Of a DNA stretch of 64,000 nt, positions 12,215 through 23,700 are shown one piece after another (position 1 is the first letter of the stretch; the number at the start of each line of letters is the position of its first letter). The DNA is taken from contig JASTWF010000035.1 of the NCBI GenBank assembly GCA_030390025.1, positions 2,294,001 through 2,358,000 of the forward strand, read 5' to 3'. A model generated the notes under the pieces. The model did no database searches. It worked only from the letters and a program-made list of their open reading frames with translations, and was not told the DNA's origin. The DNA is from Squalus acanthias (taxonomy: Eukaryota). Both the position numbers and the translations under genes were made by a program.

Positions 12215-12640
12215 TCGAACAGGAGGAGGCTATGAAGTCCCTTGAGCCTGTTGTGCCATTCAATGAGATCATGGCTGATCTGTTGAGCTCCATTTCCCCG
12301 CCTGTGCCTTGATTCCTGAGCCAACATGAATCAGTCTGGAAGCTGCAACTGATCCAACACCCACAGCATTTGGTGAAGAGAGGTCCACATTTCAACTGCC
12401 CCTTTTTGTGAAAAAGTACATCCTGATTTTGCTCCTGAACGGCCGAGCTCGAATTCGAAGATTGTGCCCTCTTGTTCTGGATTCCCCCATTGAGGGAAAT
12501 AGTTTATCTCGATCTACCCAATCGAATCCTTTCATCATTTTAAAAATCTCCATTACATCACCCTTCCACTTTCTAAGCTCAAGGGAATACAAGCCAAGTC
12601 TGTGCAACCTGGCCACACAATTTAATCCTTTAAACCCTTG
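12215..12640 (-). mobile_element. CR1 3' fragment, degenerate
   Basis: RLHRLGLYSLELRKWKGDVMEIFKMMKGFD...GESRTRGHNLRIR. Confidence 0.85.
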
Positions 12641-12761
12641 AACCTGCTACACTGGAATAAAACGGGTGCTGTGGATTGGCGGCTTGTTCTAGAAACGGCC
12701 TGAGCTTTATTTACATTGAATTCAAACCCAGTTTTACGCCCAGGTGGTAAGTTGAAAATTT

Positions 12762-12900
12762 AGCTGTGGCTCAGTGGATAGCACTCTCTCCTCTGAGTCA
12801 GAAGGTTGTGGGTTCAAATTTCACTCCAGACTTGAGCACAAAATACAGGCTGATAATCCCAATGCAGTACTGAGGGAGCGCCGCACTGTCGGAGGGACAG
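12762..12900 (+). mobile_element. 5' part of the same tRNA-SINE family as 6835-7289, running into the 33-bp array
   Basis: AGCTGTGGCTCAGTGG...AGAAGGTTGTGGGTTCAAAT...GACTTGAGCACAAAA..AGGCTGA. Confidence 0.85.
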
Positions 12901-15900
12901 TACTGAGGGAGCGCTGCACTGTCGGAGGGACAGTACTGAGGTAGCGCTGCACTGTCGAAGGGACAGTACTGAGGGAGCGCTGCACTGTCGGAGCGGCGGT
13001 ACTGAGGGAGCGCCGCACTGTCGGAGGGACAGTACTGAGGGAGCGCTGCACTGTCGGAGGGACAGTACTGAGGTAGCGCTGCACTGTCGAAGGGACAGTA
13101 CTGAGGGAGCGCTGCACTGTCGGAGGGGCAGTACTGAGGTAGCGCTGCACTGTCGGAGGGACAGTACTGAGGGAGCGCTGCACTGTCGGAGGGGCAGTAC
13201 TGAGGTAGCGCTGCACTGTCGAAGGGACAGTACTGAGGGAGCGCCGCACTGTCGGAGGGACAGTACTGAGGTAGCGCTGCACTGTCGAAGGGACAGTACT
13301 GAGGGAGCGCTGCACTGTCGGAGGGGCAGTACTGAGGTAGCGCTGCACTGTCGGAGGGACAGTACTGAGGGAGCGCTGCACTGTCGGAGGGGCAGTACTG
13401 AGGGAGCGCTGCACTGTCGGAGCGGCGGTACTGAGGGAGCGCCGCACTGTCGGAGGGACAGTACTGAGGGAGCGCTGCACTGTCGGAGGGGCAGTACTGA
13501 GGTAGCGCTGCACTGTCGGAGGGGCAGTACTGAGGTAGCGCTGCACTGTCGAAGGGACAGTACTGAGGGAGCGCTGCACTGTCGGAGGGGCAGTACTGAG
13601 GTAGCGCTGCACTGTCGAAGGGACAGTACTGAGGGAGCGCTGCACTGTCGGAGGGGCAGTACTGAGGTAGCGCTGCACTGTCGGAGGGGCAGTACTGAGG
13701 GAGCGCCGCACTGTCGGAGGGGCAGTACTGAGGTAGCGCTGCACTGTCGGAGGGGCAGTACTGAGGGAGCGCCGCACTGTCGGAGGGGCAGTACTGAGGG
13801 AGCGCTGCACTGTCGAAGGGACAGTACTGAGGGAGCGCTGCACTGTCGGAGGGGCAGTACTGAGGTAGCGCTGCACTGTCGGAGGGGCAGTACTGAGGGA
13901 GCGCCGCACTGTCGGAGGGGCAGTACTGAGGTAGCGCTGCACTGTCGGAGGGGCAGTACTGAGGGAGCGCTGCATTGTCGGAGGGGCAGCACTGAGGGAA
14001 CGCTGCACTGTCGGAGGGGCGGAACTGAGGGAGCGCCGCACTGTCGGAGGGGCAGTACTGAGGGAGCGCTGCACTGTCGAAGGGACAGAACTGAGGGAGC
14101 GCTGCACTGTCGAAGGGACAGAACTGAGGGAGCGCTGCACTGTCAGAGGGGTAGTACTGAGGGAGCGCTGCACTGTCGGAGGGGCAGTACTGAGGGAGCG
14201 CTGCACTGTTGGAGGGGCGGTATTGAGGGAGCGCTGCACTGTCGGAGGGGCGGTACTGAGGGAGCGCTGCACTGTCGGAGGGGTGATACTGAGGGAGCGC
14301 TGCACTGTCGCAGGGGCGGTACTGAGGGAACGCTGCACTGTCGGAGGGCAGTACTAAGGGAGCGCCGCACTGTCGGAGGGGCAGTACTGAGGGAGCGCTG
14401 CACTGTCGGAGGGGCAGTACTGAGGGAGCGCTGCACTGTCGAAGGGACAGACTGAGGGAGCGCCGCACTGTCGGAGGGGCAGTACTGAGGGAGAGCTGCA
14501 CTGTTGGAGGGGTGGTACTGAGGGAGCGCTGCACTGTGGGAGGGGCGGTACTGAGGGAGCGCTGCATTGTCGGAGGGGCGATACTGAGGGAGCGCGGCAC
14601 TGTCGGAGGGGCGGTACTGAGGGAACGCTGCACTGTGGGAGGCGCGGTACTGAGGGAGCGCTGCACTGTCGGAGGGGCGGTACTGAGGGAGTGCCGCACT
14701 GTCGAAGGGACGGTACTGAGTGAGCGCTGCACTGTCGGAGGGGCAGTACTGAGGGAGTGCTGCACTGTCGGAGGGGCGGTACTGAGGGAGCACTGCACTG
14801 TCGGAGGGGTGGTACTGAGGGAGCGCCGCACTGTCGGGGGGTGGTACTGAGGGAGTGCTGCACTGTCGGAGCGGCGGTACTGAGGGAGAGCTGCACTGTC
14901 GGAGGGGCAGTACTGAGAGAGCGCTGCACTGTCGGAGGGGCAGTACTGAGGGAGCGCTGCACTGTCGGAGGGGCAGCAGTGAGGGAGAGCTGCACTGTCG
15001 GAGGGGGGCAGTGAGGGAGTGCTGCACTGTCGGAGGGGCGGCAGTGAGGGAGCGCTGCACTGTCGGAGGGGCGGTACTGAGGAAGAGTTGCACTGTCAGA
15101 GGGGCGGTACTGAGGGAGCTCTGCACTGTCGGAGGGGCGGTACTGAGGGAGCGCTGCACTGTGGGAGGGGCGGTACTGAGGGAGCGCTGCACTGTCGGAG
15201 AGGCGGTACTGAGGGAGCGCCGCACTGTCGGAGGGGCAGTACTGAGGGAGCGCTGCACTGTCGGAGGGGCAGTACTGAGGGAGCGCTGCACTGTCGAAGG
15301 GACAGAACTGAGGGAGCGCCGCACTGTCAGAGGGGTAGTACTGAGGGAGCGCTGCACTGTCGGAGGGGCGGTATTGAGGGAGCGCTGCACTGTTGGAGGG
15401 GCGGGACTGAGGGAGCGCCGCACTGTCGGAGGGGCAGCACTGAGGGAGCGCTGCACTGTCGGAGGGGCGATACTGAGGGAGCGCTGCACTGTCGCCGGGG
15501 CGGTACTGAGGGAACGCTGCACTGTGGGAGGGGCGGTACGGAGGGAGTGCCGCTCTGTCGGAGGGGCGGTACTGAGGGTGCGCTGCACTGTCGAGGGTCA
15601 GTACTGAGGGAGAGCTGCACTGTGGGAGGGGCGGGTACTGAGGGAGCGCTGCACTGTCGGAGAGGTGGTACTGAGGGAGCGCCGCACTGTCGGAGGGACG
15701 GTACTGAGGTAGCGCTGCACTGTCGGAGGGGCAGTACTGAGGGAGCGCTGCATTGTCGGAGGGGCAGTACTGAGGGAGAGCTGCACTGTCGGAGGGGGTG
15801 CAGTGAGGGAGTGCTGCACTGTCGGAGGGGCGGCAGTGAGGGAGCTCTGCACTGTCGTTGGGGCGGTACTGAGGGAGAGTTGCACTGTCGGAGGAGCGGT

Positions 15901-17283
15901 ACTGAGGGAGCGCGGCACTGTCGGAGGGGCGGTACTGAGGGAGCGCTGCACTGTCGGAGGAGCGGTACTGAGGGAGCGCTGCACTGTCGGAGGGGCGGTA
16001 CTGAGGGAGCGCTGCACTGTCGGAGGGGCAGTACTGAGGGAGCACTGCACTGTGGGAGGGGTGGTACTGAGGGAGTGCTGCACTGTCGGAGGGGCGGTAC
16101 TGATGGAGCGCTGCACTGTCGGAGGAGCGGGTACTGAGGGAGCGCTGCACTGTCGGGGGTCGGTACTGAGGGAGCGCTGCACTGTTGGAGGGGCAGTACT
16201 GAGGGAGCGCTGCACAGTCGGAGGGGCCAGTACTGAGGGAACGCTGCACTGTCAAAGGGGACAGTACTGAGGGAGCGCCGCACTGTCGGAGGGGCGGAAC
16301 TGAGGGAGCGCTGCACTGTCGGAGGGGCAGTACTGAGGGAGCGCTGCACTGTCGGAGGGGCAGTACTGAGGGAGCGCTGCACTGTCGAAGGGACAGACTG
16401 AGGGAGCGCCGCACTGTCGGAGGGGCAGTACTGAGGGAGAGCTGCACTGTCGGAGGGGTGGTACTGAGGGAGCGCTGCACTATTGGAGGGGCGGTACTGA
16501 GGGAGCGCTGCATTGTTGGAGGGGCGATACTGAGGGAGCGCGGCACTGTCGGAGGGGCGGGGTACTGAGGGAACGCTGCACTGTGGGAGGCGCGGGTACT
16601 GAGGGAGCGCTGCACTGTCGGAGGGGCGGTACTGAGGGAGTGCCGCACTGTCGAAGGGACGGTACTGAGTGAGCGCTGCACTGTCGGAGGGGCAGTACTG
16701 AGGGAGTGCTGCACTGTCGGAGGGGGGCGGTACTGAGGGAGCACTGCACTGTCGGAGGGGTGGTACTGAGGGAGCGCCGCACTGTCGGGGGGGTGGTACT
16801 GAGGGAGTGCTGCACTGTCGGAGCGGCGGTACTGAGGGAGAGCTGCACTGTCGGAGGGGCAGTACTGAGAGAGCGCTGCACTGTCGGAGGGGCAGTACTG
16901 AGGGAGCGCTGCACTGTCGGAGGGGGCAGCAGTGAGGGAGAGCTGAACTGTCGGAGGGGGGCAGTGAGGGAGTGCTGCACTGTCGGAGGGGCGCGCAGTG
17001 AGGGAGCGCTGCACTGTCGGAGGGGCGGTACTGAGGAAGAGTTGCACTGTCAGAGGGGCGGTACTGAGGGAGCTCTGCACTGTCTGAGGGGCGGTACTGA
17101 GGGAGCGCTGCACTGTGGGAGGGGCGGTACTGAGGGAGCGCTGCACTGTCGGAGAGGCGGTACTGAGGGAGCGCCGCACTGTCGGAGGGACGGTACTGAG
17201 GGAGCGCTGCACTGTCGGAGGGGCAGTACTGAGGGAGCGCTGCACTGTCGAAGGGACAGAACTGAGGGAGCGCCACACTGTCA
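12866..17283. repeat. SINE-derived satellite, 33-bp unit CAGTACTGAGGGAGCGCTGCACTGTCGGAGGGG
   Basis: Roughly 130 tandem units, ending at the assembly gap. Confidence 0.97.
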
Positions 17284-17783
17284 NNNNNNNNNNNNNNNNN
17301 NNNNNNNNNNNNNNNNNNNNNNNNNNNNNNNNNNNNNNNNNNNNNNNNNNNNNNNNNNNNNNNNNNNNNNNNNNNNNNNNNNNNNNNNNNNNNNNNNNNN
17401 NNNNNNNNNNNNNNNNNNNNNNNNNNNNNNNNNNNNNNNNNNNNNNNNNNNNNNNNNNNNNNNNNNNNNNNNNNNNNNNNNNNNNNNNNNNNNNNNNNNN
17501 NNNNNNNNNNNNNNNNNNNNNNNNNNNNNNNNNNNNNNNNNNNNNNNNNNNNNNNNNNNNNNNNNNNNNNNNNNNNNNNNNNNNNNNNNNNNNNNNNNNN
17601 NNNNNNNNNNNNNNNNNNNNNNNNNNNNNNNNNNNNNNNNNNNNNNNNNNNNNNNNNNNNNNNNNNNNNNNNNNNNNNNNNNNNNNNNNNNNNNNNNNNN
17701 NNNNNNNNNNNNNNNNNNNNNNNNNNNNNNNNNNNNNNNNNNNNNNNNNNNNNNNNNNNNNNNNNNNNNNNNNNNNNNNNNNN
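17284..17783. other. Assembly gap (500 N)
   Basis: Run of N between two different satellites. Confidence 1.
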
Positions 17784-20700
17784 AATGGTCCTGTCTCTTC
17801 AAAAATCCTGTGTGACTGGTCCTGTCTCTTTAAAAAGCCGTTGTGACTGGTCCTGTCCCTTTAAAAAGCCTGTGTGAATGGTCCTGTCTCTTTAAAAAGC
17901 ATGTCTGACTGGTCCTGTCTCATTAAAAAGTCTGTGTGATTGGTCCTGTCTCGTTAAAAAGCCTGTGTGACTGGTCCTGTCTCTTCAAAAAGCCTGTGTA
18001 GTTGGTCCTGTCTCTTTAAAAAGGCTGCGAGACTGGTCATGAATCTTTAAAAAGCCTGCGTGACTGTTCCTGTCTCATTAAAAAGCGTGTGTGGTTTGTT
18101 TTGTCTCTTTAAAAAGCCTGTGTCACTGGTCCTGTCTCTTGAGAAAGCCTGTGTGACTGGTCCTGTCTCTTGAGAAAGCCTGTGTGACTGGTCCTGTCCC
18201 TTTAAAAAGCCTGTGTGACTGGTCCTGTCTCATTAAAAAGCCTGCGAGACTGGTCCTGTCTCTTGAGAAAGCCTGTGTGACTGGTCCTGTCTCTTGAGAA
18301 AGCCGTTATGACTGGGCCTGTCTCTTTAAAAAGCCTGTGTGACTGGTCCTGTCTCCATTAAAAAGCCAGTGTGTCTGGTCCTGTCTCTATAAAAAGCCTG
18401 TGTCGTTGGTCCTGTCTCTCTAAAAAGGCTGTGTGACTGGTCCTGTCACTCTAAAAAGGCCGTGTGACTGGTCCTGTCTCTTTAAAAAGCCTGTGTGACT
18501 GGTCCTGTCTCTTTCAAAAGCCTGTGTGACTGGCCCTGTCTCTTCATAAAGCCTGTGTGACTGGTCCTGTCTCTTTAAAAAGCCTGTGTGACTGGTGCTG
18601 TCTCTTTAAAAAGCCTGTGTGACTGGTCCTTGCTCTTTAAAAATCCTGTGTGACTGGTCCTGTCTCTCGAAAAAGCCATTGTGACTGGACCTGTCTCTTT
18701 AAAAAGCCTGTGTGATTGGTCCTGTCTCTTCAAAAAGCCTGTGTGACTGGACCTCTCTCTCTAAAAAGCCTGTGTGACTGGTCCTGTCTCTTTTAAAAAG
18801 CCTGCGTGACTGGTCCTGTCTCTTCAAAAAGCCAGTGTGACTGATCCTGGCTCTTTAGAAAGCCTGTGTGACTGGTCCTGTCTCTTTAAAAAGCCTGCGT
18901 GACTGGTCCTGTCTCTTCAAAAAGCCAGTGTGACTGGACCTGTCTCTTTAAAAAGCCTGTGTGAATCATCCGGTCTCTTCAAAAAGCCTGCGTGACTGGT
19001 CCTGTATCTTCAAAAAGCCAGTGTGTCTGGTCCTGTCTCTATAAAAAGCCTGTGTCGTTGGTCCTGTCTCTCTAAAAAGGCTGTGTGACTGGTCCTGTCT
19101 CTCTAAAAAGGCCGTGTGACTGGTCCTGTCTCTTCAAACAGCCTGTGTGACTGGCCCTGTCTCTCTGATAAGCCTGTGTGACTGGTCCTGTCTCTTTAAA
19201 AAGCCTGTGTGACTGGTCCTGTCTCTTTAAAAAGCCTGTGTGACTGGTCCTGTCTCTTTAAAAATCCTGTGTGACTGGTCCTGTCTCTTTAAAAAGCCAG
19301 CGTGACTGGTCCTGTCTCTACAAAAAGCCTGTGTGACTGGTCCTGTCTCTTTGGAAAGCCTGTGTGACTGGTCCTGTCTCTTTTGAAAGCCTGTGTGACT
19401 GGTCCTGCCTCGTTAAAAAGCCTGCGAGACTGGTCCTGTCCCTTTAAAAAGCCTGTGTGACTGGTGCTGTCTCTCGCGAAAGCCATTGTGTCTGGATCTG
19501 TCTCTTTCAAAAGCCTGTGTGAATGGTCCTGTCTCTTCAAAAAGCCTGTGTGAATGGTCCTGTCTCTTCAAAAAGCCTGTGTGACTGGTCCTGTCTCTTT
19601 AGAAAGCCTGTGTGACTGGTCCTGTCTCTTCACAAATCCTGTGTGACTGGCCCTGTCTCTCTAAAAAGCCTGTGTGACTGGTCCTGTCTCTTTAAAAAGC
19701 CTGTGTGAATGGTCCTGTCTCTTTAAAAAGCATGTCTGACTGGTCCTGGCTCTTTAGAAAGCCTGCGAGAATGATTCTGTCTTTTTAAAAAGCCTGTGTG
19801 ACTGGTCCTTCTCTCTAAAAATCCTGTGTAGTTGGTCCTGTCTCTTTAAAAAGCCTGTGTCGTTGGTCCTGTCTCTTTAAAAAGCCTGTGTGACTGGTCC
19901 TGTCCCTTTAAAAAGCCTGTGTGACTGGTCCTGTCTCTTTAAAAAGCCTGTGTGACTGGTCCTGTCCCTTTAAAAAGCCTGTGTGACTGGTCCTGTCCCT
20001 TTAGAAAGCCTGTGTGACTGGTCCTGTCCCTTTAAAAAGCCTGTGTGAACGGTCCTGTCTCTTTAGAAAGACTGTGTGACTGGACCTGTCTCTTTAAAAA
20101 GCCTGTGTGGACTCGTCCTGTCTCTATAAAAAGCCGTTATGACTGGGCCTGTCTCTTTAAAAAGCCTGTGTGACTGGTCCTGTCTCCATTAAAAAGCCTG
20201 TGTGACTGGTCCTGTCTCTTTCAAAAGCCTGTGTGAGTGGTCCTGTCTCTTCAAAAAGCCTGTGTGACTGGTCCTGTCTCTTTAGAAAGCCTGTGTGACT
20301 GGTCCTGACTCTTTAAAAAGCCTGTGTGACTGGTCCTGTCTCTTTCAAAAGCCTGTGTGAATGGTCCTGTCTCTTCAAAAAGCCTGCGTGATTGGTCCTG
20401 TCTATTTAGAAAGCCTGTGTGACTGTTCCTGTCTCTTTAAAAAGCCTGCGAGACTGGTCCTGTCTCTTTAAAAAGCCTGTGTGACTGGTCCTGTCTCTTT
20501 AAAAAGCCTGCGGGACTGGTCCTGTCACTTTAAAAAGCCTGTGTGACTCCTCCTGTCTCAAAAAAAGCCGTTATGACTGGGCCTATCTCTTTAAAAATCC
20601 TGTGTGACTGGTCCTGTCTCATTAAAATGCCTGTGTGACTGGTCCGGTCTCTTTAAAAAGCCTGTGTGACTCGTCCTGTCTCATTAAAAAGCCTGTGTGA

Positions 20701-23700
20701 CTGATCCGGTCTCTTCAAAAAGCCTGTGTGACTGGACCTCTCTCTCTAAAAAGCCTGTCTGACTGGTCCTGTCTCTTTCAAAAGCCTGTGTCGTTGGTCC
20801 TGTCTCTTTAAAAAGCCTGTGTGACTGGTCCTGTCTCTTTAAAAAGCCTACGAGACTGGTCCTGTCTCTCTAAAAAGCCATTGTGACTGGACCTGTCTCT
20901 TTAAAAAGCCTGTGTGACTCGTCCTGTCTCTATAAAAAGCCGTTATGACTGGGCCTGTCTCTTTAAAAAGCCTGTGTGACTGATCCTGTGTCTATAAAAA
21001 GCCTGTGTGACTGATCCTTGCTCTTTAAAAAGCCTCTGTGGCTGGTCCTGTCTCTTTTAAAAGCCTGTGTGACTGCTCCTGTCTCTTTAAAAAGCCTGTG
21101 TGACTGGTCCTGTCTCTTTACAAAGCCGTTGGGACTGGACCTGTCTCATTAAAAATCCTGTGTGACTCGTCCTGTCTCTTCAAAAAGCCTGCGTGACTGT
21201 TCCTGTTTCTTCAAAAAGCCAGAGTGACTGGTCCTGTCTCTATAAAAAGCCTGTGTCGTTGGTCCTGTCTCTCTAAAAAGGCTGTGTGACTGGTCCTGTG
21301 TCTTTAAAAATCCTGTGTGACTGGTACTGTCTCCATTAAAAAGCCTGTGTGACTGGTCCTGTCTCTTTAAAAAGCCTGTGTGACTGATCCTGTCTCTTCA
21401 AAAAGCCTGTGTGACTGGACCTCTCTCTCTGATAAGCCTGTGTGACTGGACCTCTCTCTCTAAAAAGCCTGTCTGACTGGTCCTGTCTCTTTCAAAAGCC
21501 TGTGTCGTTGGTCCTGTCTCTTTAAAAAGCCTGTGTGACTGGTCCTGTATCTTTAAAAAGTCTGTGTGACTGGTCCTGTCTCTTTAAAAAGCCTGTGTGA
21601 CTGTTCCTGTCTCTTTAAAAAGCCTGCGAGACTGGTCCTGTCTCTTTAAAAAGCCTGCGAGACTGGTCGTGTCACTCTAAAAAGCCTGCGAGACTGGTCC
21701 TGTCTCTCTAAAAAGCCATTGTGACTGGACCTGTCTCTTTAAAAAGCCTGTGTGACTCGTCCTGTCTCTTTAAAAAGCCTGTGTGACTGGTCCTGTCTCT
21801 TCAAAAAGCCTGTGTAACTGGTCCTGTCTCTTCAAAACCCTGTGTGACTCGTCCTGTCTCTTTAAAAAGCCTGTGTGGTTGGTCATATCTCTCTAAAAAG
21901 CGGTTGTGACTGGACCTGTCTCCCCGAAAAGCCTGTGTGACTGTTCCTGTCTCTTTAAAAAGCCTGTGTGACTGGTCCTGTCTCTTTAAAAAGCCTGTGT
22001 GACTGGTCCTGTCTCTTTTAAAAGTCTGTGTGGCTGGTGCTGTCTCTTTAAAAAGCCTGCGAGACTGGTCCTGTCCCTTTAAAAAGCCTGTGTGAATGGT
22101 CCCGTCTCTTCAAAAAGCCTGTGTGACTGGTCCTGTATCTTTAGAAAGACTGTGTGACTGGTCCTGTCTCTTTAAAAAGCCTGTGTGACTGGTCCTGTCT
22201 CTTTAAAAAGCCTGCGAGACTGGTCCTGTCTCTTTAAAAAGCCTGCGAGACTGGTCCTGTCTCTTTAAAAAGCCTGCGAGACTGGTCCTGTCTCTCTAAA
22301 AAGCCATTGTGACTGGACCTGTCTCTTTAAAAAGCCTGTGTGACTCGTCCTGTCTCTATAAAAAGCCGTTATGACTGGGCCTGTCTCTTTAAAAAGCCTG
22401 TGTTGTTGGTCCTGTCTCTCTAAAAAGACTGTGTGACTGGTCCTGTGTCTATAAAAAGCCTGTGTGACTGATCCTTGCTCTTCAAAAAGCCTGTGTGGTT
22501 GGTCCTGTCTCTTTAAAAAGCCTGTGTGACTGTTCCTGTCTCTTTAAAAAGCCTGTGTGACTGGTCCTGTCTCTTCAAAAAGCCTGTGTGACTGGTCCTG
22601 TCTCTTCAAAACCCTGTGTGACTCGTCCTGTCTCTTTAAAAAGCCTGTTTGGTTGGTCATATCTCTCTAAAAAGCGGTTGTGACTGGAACTGTCTCCCCG
22701 AAAAGCCTGTGTGACTGGTCCTGTCTCTTTAAAAAGCCTGTGTGACTGGTCCTGTCTCTTTAAAAAGCCTGTGTGACTGGTCCTGTCTCTTTTAAAAGTC
22801 TGTGTGGCTGTTGCTGTCTCTTTAAAAAGCCTGCGAGACTGGTCCTGTCCCTTTAAAAAGCCTGTGTGAATGGTCCCGTCTCTTCAAAAAGCCTGTGTGA
22901 CTGGTCCTGTATCTTTAGAAAGACTGTGTGACTGGTCCTGTCTCTTTAAAAAGCCTGTGTGACTGTTCCTGTCTCTTTAAAAAGCCTGCGAGACTGGTCC
23001 TGTCTCTTTAAAAAGCCTGCGAGACTGGTCGTGTCACTCTAAAAAGCCTGCGAGACTGGTCCTATCTCTCTAAAAAGCCATTGTGACTGGACCTGTCTCT
23101 TTAAAAAGCCTGTGTGACTGGTCCTGTCTCTTCAAAAAGCCTGTGTGACTGGTCCTGTCTCTTCAAAACCCTGTGTGACTCGTCCTGTCTCTTTAAAAAG
23201 CCTGTGTGGTTGGTCATATCTCTCTAAAAAGCGGTTGTGACTGGACCTGTCTCCCCGAAAAGCCTGTGTGACTGGTCCTGTCTCTTTAAAAAGCCTGTGT
23301 GACTGGTCCTGTCTCTTTTAAAAGTCTGTGTGGCTGGTGCTGTATCTTTAGAAAGACTGTGTGACTGGTCCTGTCTCTTTAAAAATCCTGTGTGACTGGT
23401 CCTGTCTCATTAGAAAGCCTGTGTGAATGGTCCTGTCTCTTTAAAAATCCTGTGTGACTGGTCCTGTCTCATTAAAAAGCCTGTGTGACTGGTCCGGTCT
23501 CTTTAAAAAGCCTGTGTGACTCGTCCTGTCTCTTTAAAAAGCCTGTGTGACTGATCCGGTCTCTTCAAAAAGCCTGTGTGACTGGACCTCTCTCTCTAAA
23601 AAGCCTGTCTGACTGGTCCTGTCTCTTTCAAAAGCCTGTGTCGTTGGTCCTGTCTCTTTAAAAAGCCAGTGTGACTGGTCCTGTCTCTTTAAAAAGCCTG

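Noticed and set aside
11261..12312. Pro/Ser/Leu-rich ORFs
   Set aside because: Translation of a polypyrimidine simple repeat.
12798..17278. Very long ORFs (up to 974 aa; PSDSAALPQYC / TVQRSLSTAPP repeats)
   Set aside because: Artefact of a 33-bp (multiple of 3) satellite lacking stops in several frames; the unit derives from a SINE.
16706..17846. ORFs spanning X residues
   Set aside because: They run through the N gap.
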